In this document: piece after piece, positions 62,024-64,000 of the stretch
Layout of the letters: every line of letters begins with the position of its first letter
Position numbering within the stretch: position 1 is the first letter of the stretch
Source of the DNA: Thermodesulfobacteriota bacterium
GTDB taxonomy: Bacteria; Desulfobacterota; Desulfobacteria; Desulfobacterales; SURF-7
Direction of reading: 5' to 3'
Assembly (NCBI GenBank): GCA_049320885.1
Contig: JBMORA010000035.1
Location: 39,054 to 103,053, forward strand
DNA: 64,000 nucleotides
Notes under the pieces: model-generated
Told to the model about the DNA's origin: nothing
What the model saw: the letters and a program-made list of their open reading frames with translations, nothing else
Database searches by the model: none
Position numbers and translations under genes: made by a program

Positions 62024-63406
62024 ATGGAAAAACAAGTAAATTCCGGAAGGCGCCGAATCCCCGGAAGAGGCATCGACCGGCGGGAATTCATCCGGCTTTC
62101 TTCCCTGGCGGCCATGGGCGCGGCGGCCATGCCCGGGATGTTCGGTTGCGCCGCCTATCAGCCGCCGCAGGATTGCCGGTCCCGGATCACCCGGACAGGC
62201 GCCGGCTTCCAGCGGAAACCGTTTGAACCGGCGGCCCTGGGTTCCGTGAAAGCCCGCAACCGGTTCATCCGCTCGGCCACAACCCTGGGCCTGGCCCTGC
62301 CGAACGGCCGGCCTTCTCCGGAACTGGCGGATGTCTATACGGAATTGTGTGAAGGCGGGGTCGGGGCCATTATCACGGACGCTGCCGCGATCCGGCAAAG
62401 CGGGAAACTGGGGACGCCGTATTGTCTGGTGTTCGAGGCGGATGACGCTGTCGCGGATTTCCGCATTCTCACCGAAAGGGCCCATGCCCACAATACCCCC
62501 ATCCTTCTGCAGATCGCCCACGGCGGACGCCAGACCCGGCGGGCGTACACAGGCACGGCGCCGGTGGCCCCCTCGCCCGTTGCGGACAGCTATTACAACG
62601 AAGAAACCCCCCGGGAACTCACCGACCTGGAGATCCGCCAGATCATCAGCGATTTTGTCGCCGCCATCGTCCGCGCCCGGAAGGCGGGTTTCGACGGCGT
62701 CCAGTTACATGGAGCCCACGGATACCTGCTGTCCGGATTCCTGTCCCCCGCCACCAATCGCCGCACGGATCAATGGGGTGGATCCACGGAAAACCGGTTT
62801 CGCATCGTCGCGGAAATTTTCCGCAGCGCCCGGAAGCAGGTCGGCGATTATCCCATCCTGATCAAGATGAACGCATATGATCATCAGGCCGACGGTCTGC
62901 GGGTGGAAGAGGCGGGCCGCATCGCGGTCCTGCTCCAGGAAGCGGGTTGCGACGCCGTCGAGGTGTCCTGCGGCATGGCGTGTGACGGCTTTTCCACCAT
63001 CCGCGTGGCGGAAATTCCCTCGGAAGCGGTGCTCGCCTTCAGCTTTCAATACAAGGACAAACCCTACCTGGTCAAGCAGCTCCTGCCCCTGGTCGCCCCC
63101 CTGATGGTCGACCGGCCGGAGCCGCTGCTCAATTACAATGTCTGTGCCACCGCCGATATCAAGCGGCAGGTCTCGATCCCGGTGATCACCGTGGGGGGGA
63201 TCCGGCAACTCCGCGACATCGAAGGAATCATCGGCGGGAATATGGCCGATTTTGTCGCCATGGGCCGTCCGTTCATCATCGAACCGGACATCGTCAACCG
63301 TTTCCGGGACGAGAGCGCGGCGGAATCTTCCTGCATCAACTGCGGGTATTGCCTCCTGGCCATCGAGCAGGGCGCCACCCGCTGTTTTCACGGCGAGATA
63401 TCCTGA
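62024..63406 (+). CDS. Old-Yellow-Enzyme / 2,4-dienoyl-CoA-reductase-like FMN oxidoreductase with a Tat signal and lipobox
   Basis: N-terminus RRRIPGRGIDRREFIRLSSLAAMGAAAMPGMFGCA. OYE core ...LLQIAHGGRQ...GFDGVQLHGAHGYLLSGFLSPATNRRTDQWGGS. C-terminal Cys cluster SCINCGYC...TRC. Confidence 0.8.
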   Translation: MEKQVNSGRRRIPGRGIDRREFIRLSSLAAMGAAAMPGMFGCAAYQPPQDCRSRITRTGAGFQRKPFEPAALGSVKARNRFIRSATTLGLALPNGRPSPELADVYTELCEGGVGAIITDAAAIRQSGKLGTPYCLVFEADDAVADFRILTERAHAHNTPILLQIAHGGRQTRRAYTGTAPVAPSPVADSYYNEETPRELTDLEIRQIISDFVAAIVRARKAGFDGVQLHGAHGYLLSGFLSPATNRRTDQWGGSTENRFRIVAEIFRSARKQVGDYPILIKMNAYDHQADGLRVEEAGRIAVLLQEAGCDAVEVSCGMACDGFSTIRVAEIPSEAVLAFSFQYKDKPYLVKQLLPLVAPLMVDRPEPLLNYNVCATADIKRQVSIPVITVGGIRQLRDIEGIIGGNMADFVAMGRPFIIEPDIVNRFRDESAAESSCINCGYCLLAIEQGATRCFHGEIS

Positions 63407-63415
63407 ACACCCGCC

Positions 63416-63913
63416 TCAGGCGGCGACGGCTTCGGCCTTGAGGATGACCACCGGTTCGAGGGGGACGTCATCGTGCATTCCGCGCCGCCCGGTGGCCACG
63501 GTTTTGATTTGATCCACCACTTCCCGGCCCTGGGTCACCTTGCCGAAGACCGCATAACCCCAGCCCTGGGGATTTTTGGCGCGGTGGTTGAGGAAATCGT
63601 TCCGGCTGACGTTGATGAAAAACTGGGCCGTGGCGCTGTGGGGATCCATGGTGCGCGCCATGGCGATGGTGTAAGCGTCGTTGGCCAGGCCGTTGTCCGC
63701 CTCGTTTTCCACCGGCTCCAGGGTCGATTTTTCCTTCATGGAAGCGGTCATGCCGCCGCCCTGGATCATGAATCCGTCGATGACCCGGTGAAAAATGGTG
63801 CCGTCGTAATGTCCGGAATTCACGTATTCCAGGAAATTGGCCACGGTTTTCGGCGCTTTGTCCGCATACAGTTCAATCCGGATTTCTCCCATGCTGGTTT
63901 CCAATTTTACCAC
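63416..63913 (-). CDS. ppiB: Cyclophilin-type peptidyl-prolyl cis-trans isomerase
   Basis: [54 protein letters not shown]...[19 protein letters not shown]...[10 protein letters not shown]. Confidence 0.9.
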   Translation of the reverse strand: MVKLETSMGEIRIELYADKAPKTVANFLEYVNSGHYDGTIFHRVIDGFMIQGGGMTASMKEKSTLEPVENEADNGLANDAYTIAMARTMDPHSATAQFFINVSRNDFLNHRAKNPQGWGYAVFGKVTQGREVVDQIKTVATGRRGMHDDVPLEPVVILKAEAVAA

Positions 63914-64000
63914 GTTTTTTCTCCTCGATGCATTTTTGCTGTGAACCTGCCGGCTTCGGCGATCAGGCCCCGGCGTTGTGCAGGTTCATGTCGGTTTCCG

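Overview
GC-rich bacterial chromosome segment. The gene content (sigma54 regulators, CHASE2 cyclase, ADP-forming acetyl-CoA synthetase, many PAS/REC proteins) suggests an anaerobic deltaproteobacterium or Desulfobacterota-like organism; this is inference only. The window has three parts. (1) 1-17.1 kb is core genes: a minus-strand run of FecR/TPR/barrel protein, CHASE2 cyclase and ParA, then msrAB, an ADP-forming acyl-CoA synthetase, and a PAS sigma54 activator. That activator is flanked by two convergent operons (KH plus ABM-like protein; orphan GroEL, small basic ORF, hypothetical and REC). Both operons carry the same tandem 14-bp palindromes and the same GGCAT-N6-TTGA promoter-like motif. 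(2) About 17.2-43.0 kb is an accessory defence island. It holds a type I R-M operon in which every gene junction carries an extra gene (HNH, GxxExxY, DUF1016, a GIY-YIG domain inside hsdS, an ATPase stub). It also holds an IS3-family element with a 3-bp target duplication and a set of broken genes: NERD, Fic (two copies), a Schlafen/AlbA_2 regulator with an in-frame amber, and an ADP-ribosylglycohydrolase fragment. It ends with an intact run of AbiEi/AbiEii, NERD-UvrD helicase, ArdC and a DUF4062-Schlafen ATPase. The island is full of inverted-repeat elements whose arms are 2-3 tandem copies of an 8-10-mer (CACGAAG, CACAGAT/CACGGAT, CGCGAAG, GTTCAAGGTT, TGGGTAATG, GATTTCTTG flavours). These elements sit exactly at gene boundaries. 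(3) 43.5-64 kb is core again: NtrC-type regulator, hybrid kinase, and an MCP-cheW pair behind a canonical sigma54 promoter. It continues with tRNA-Ala(GGC) and an integrase remnant, ppiD, DUF47, REC, SagB-like dehydrogenase, deaminase, hydrolase, lipoprotein, lepB, a Tat/lipobox OYE flavoprotein and ppiB. No CRISPR array, rRNA or integron integrase was seen. All calls come from reading the translations and the nucleotide sequence by eye; no database search was run.
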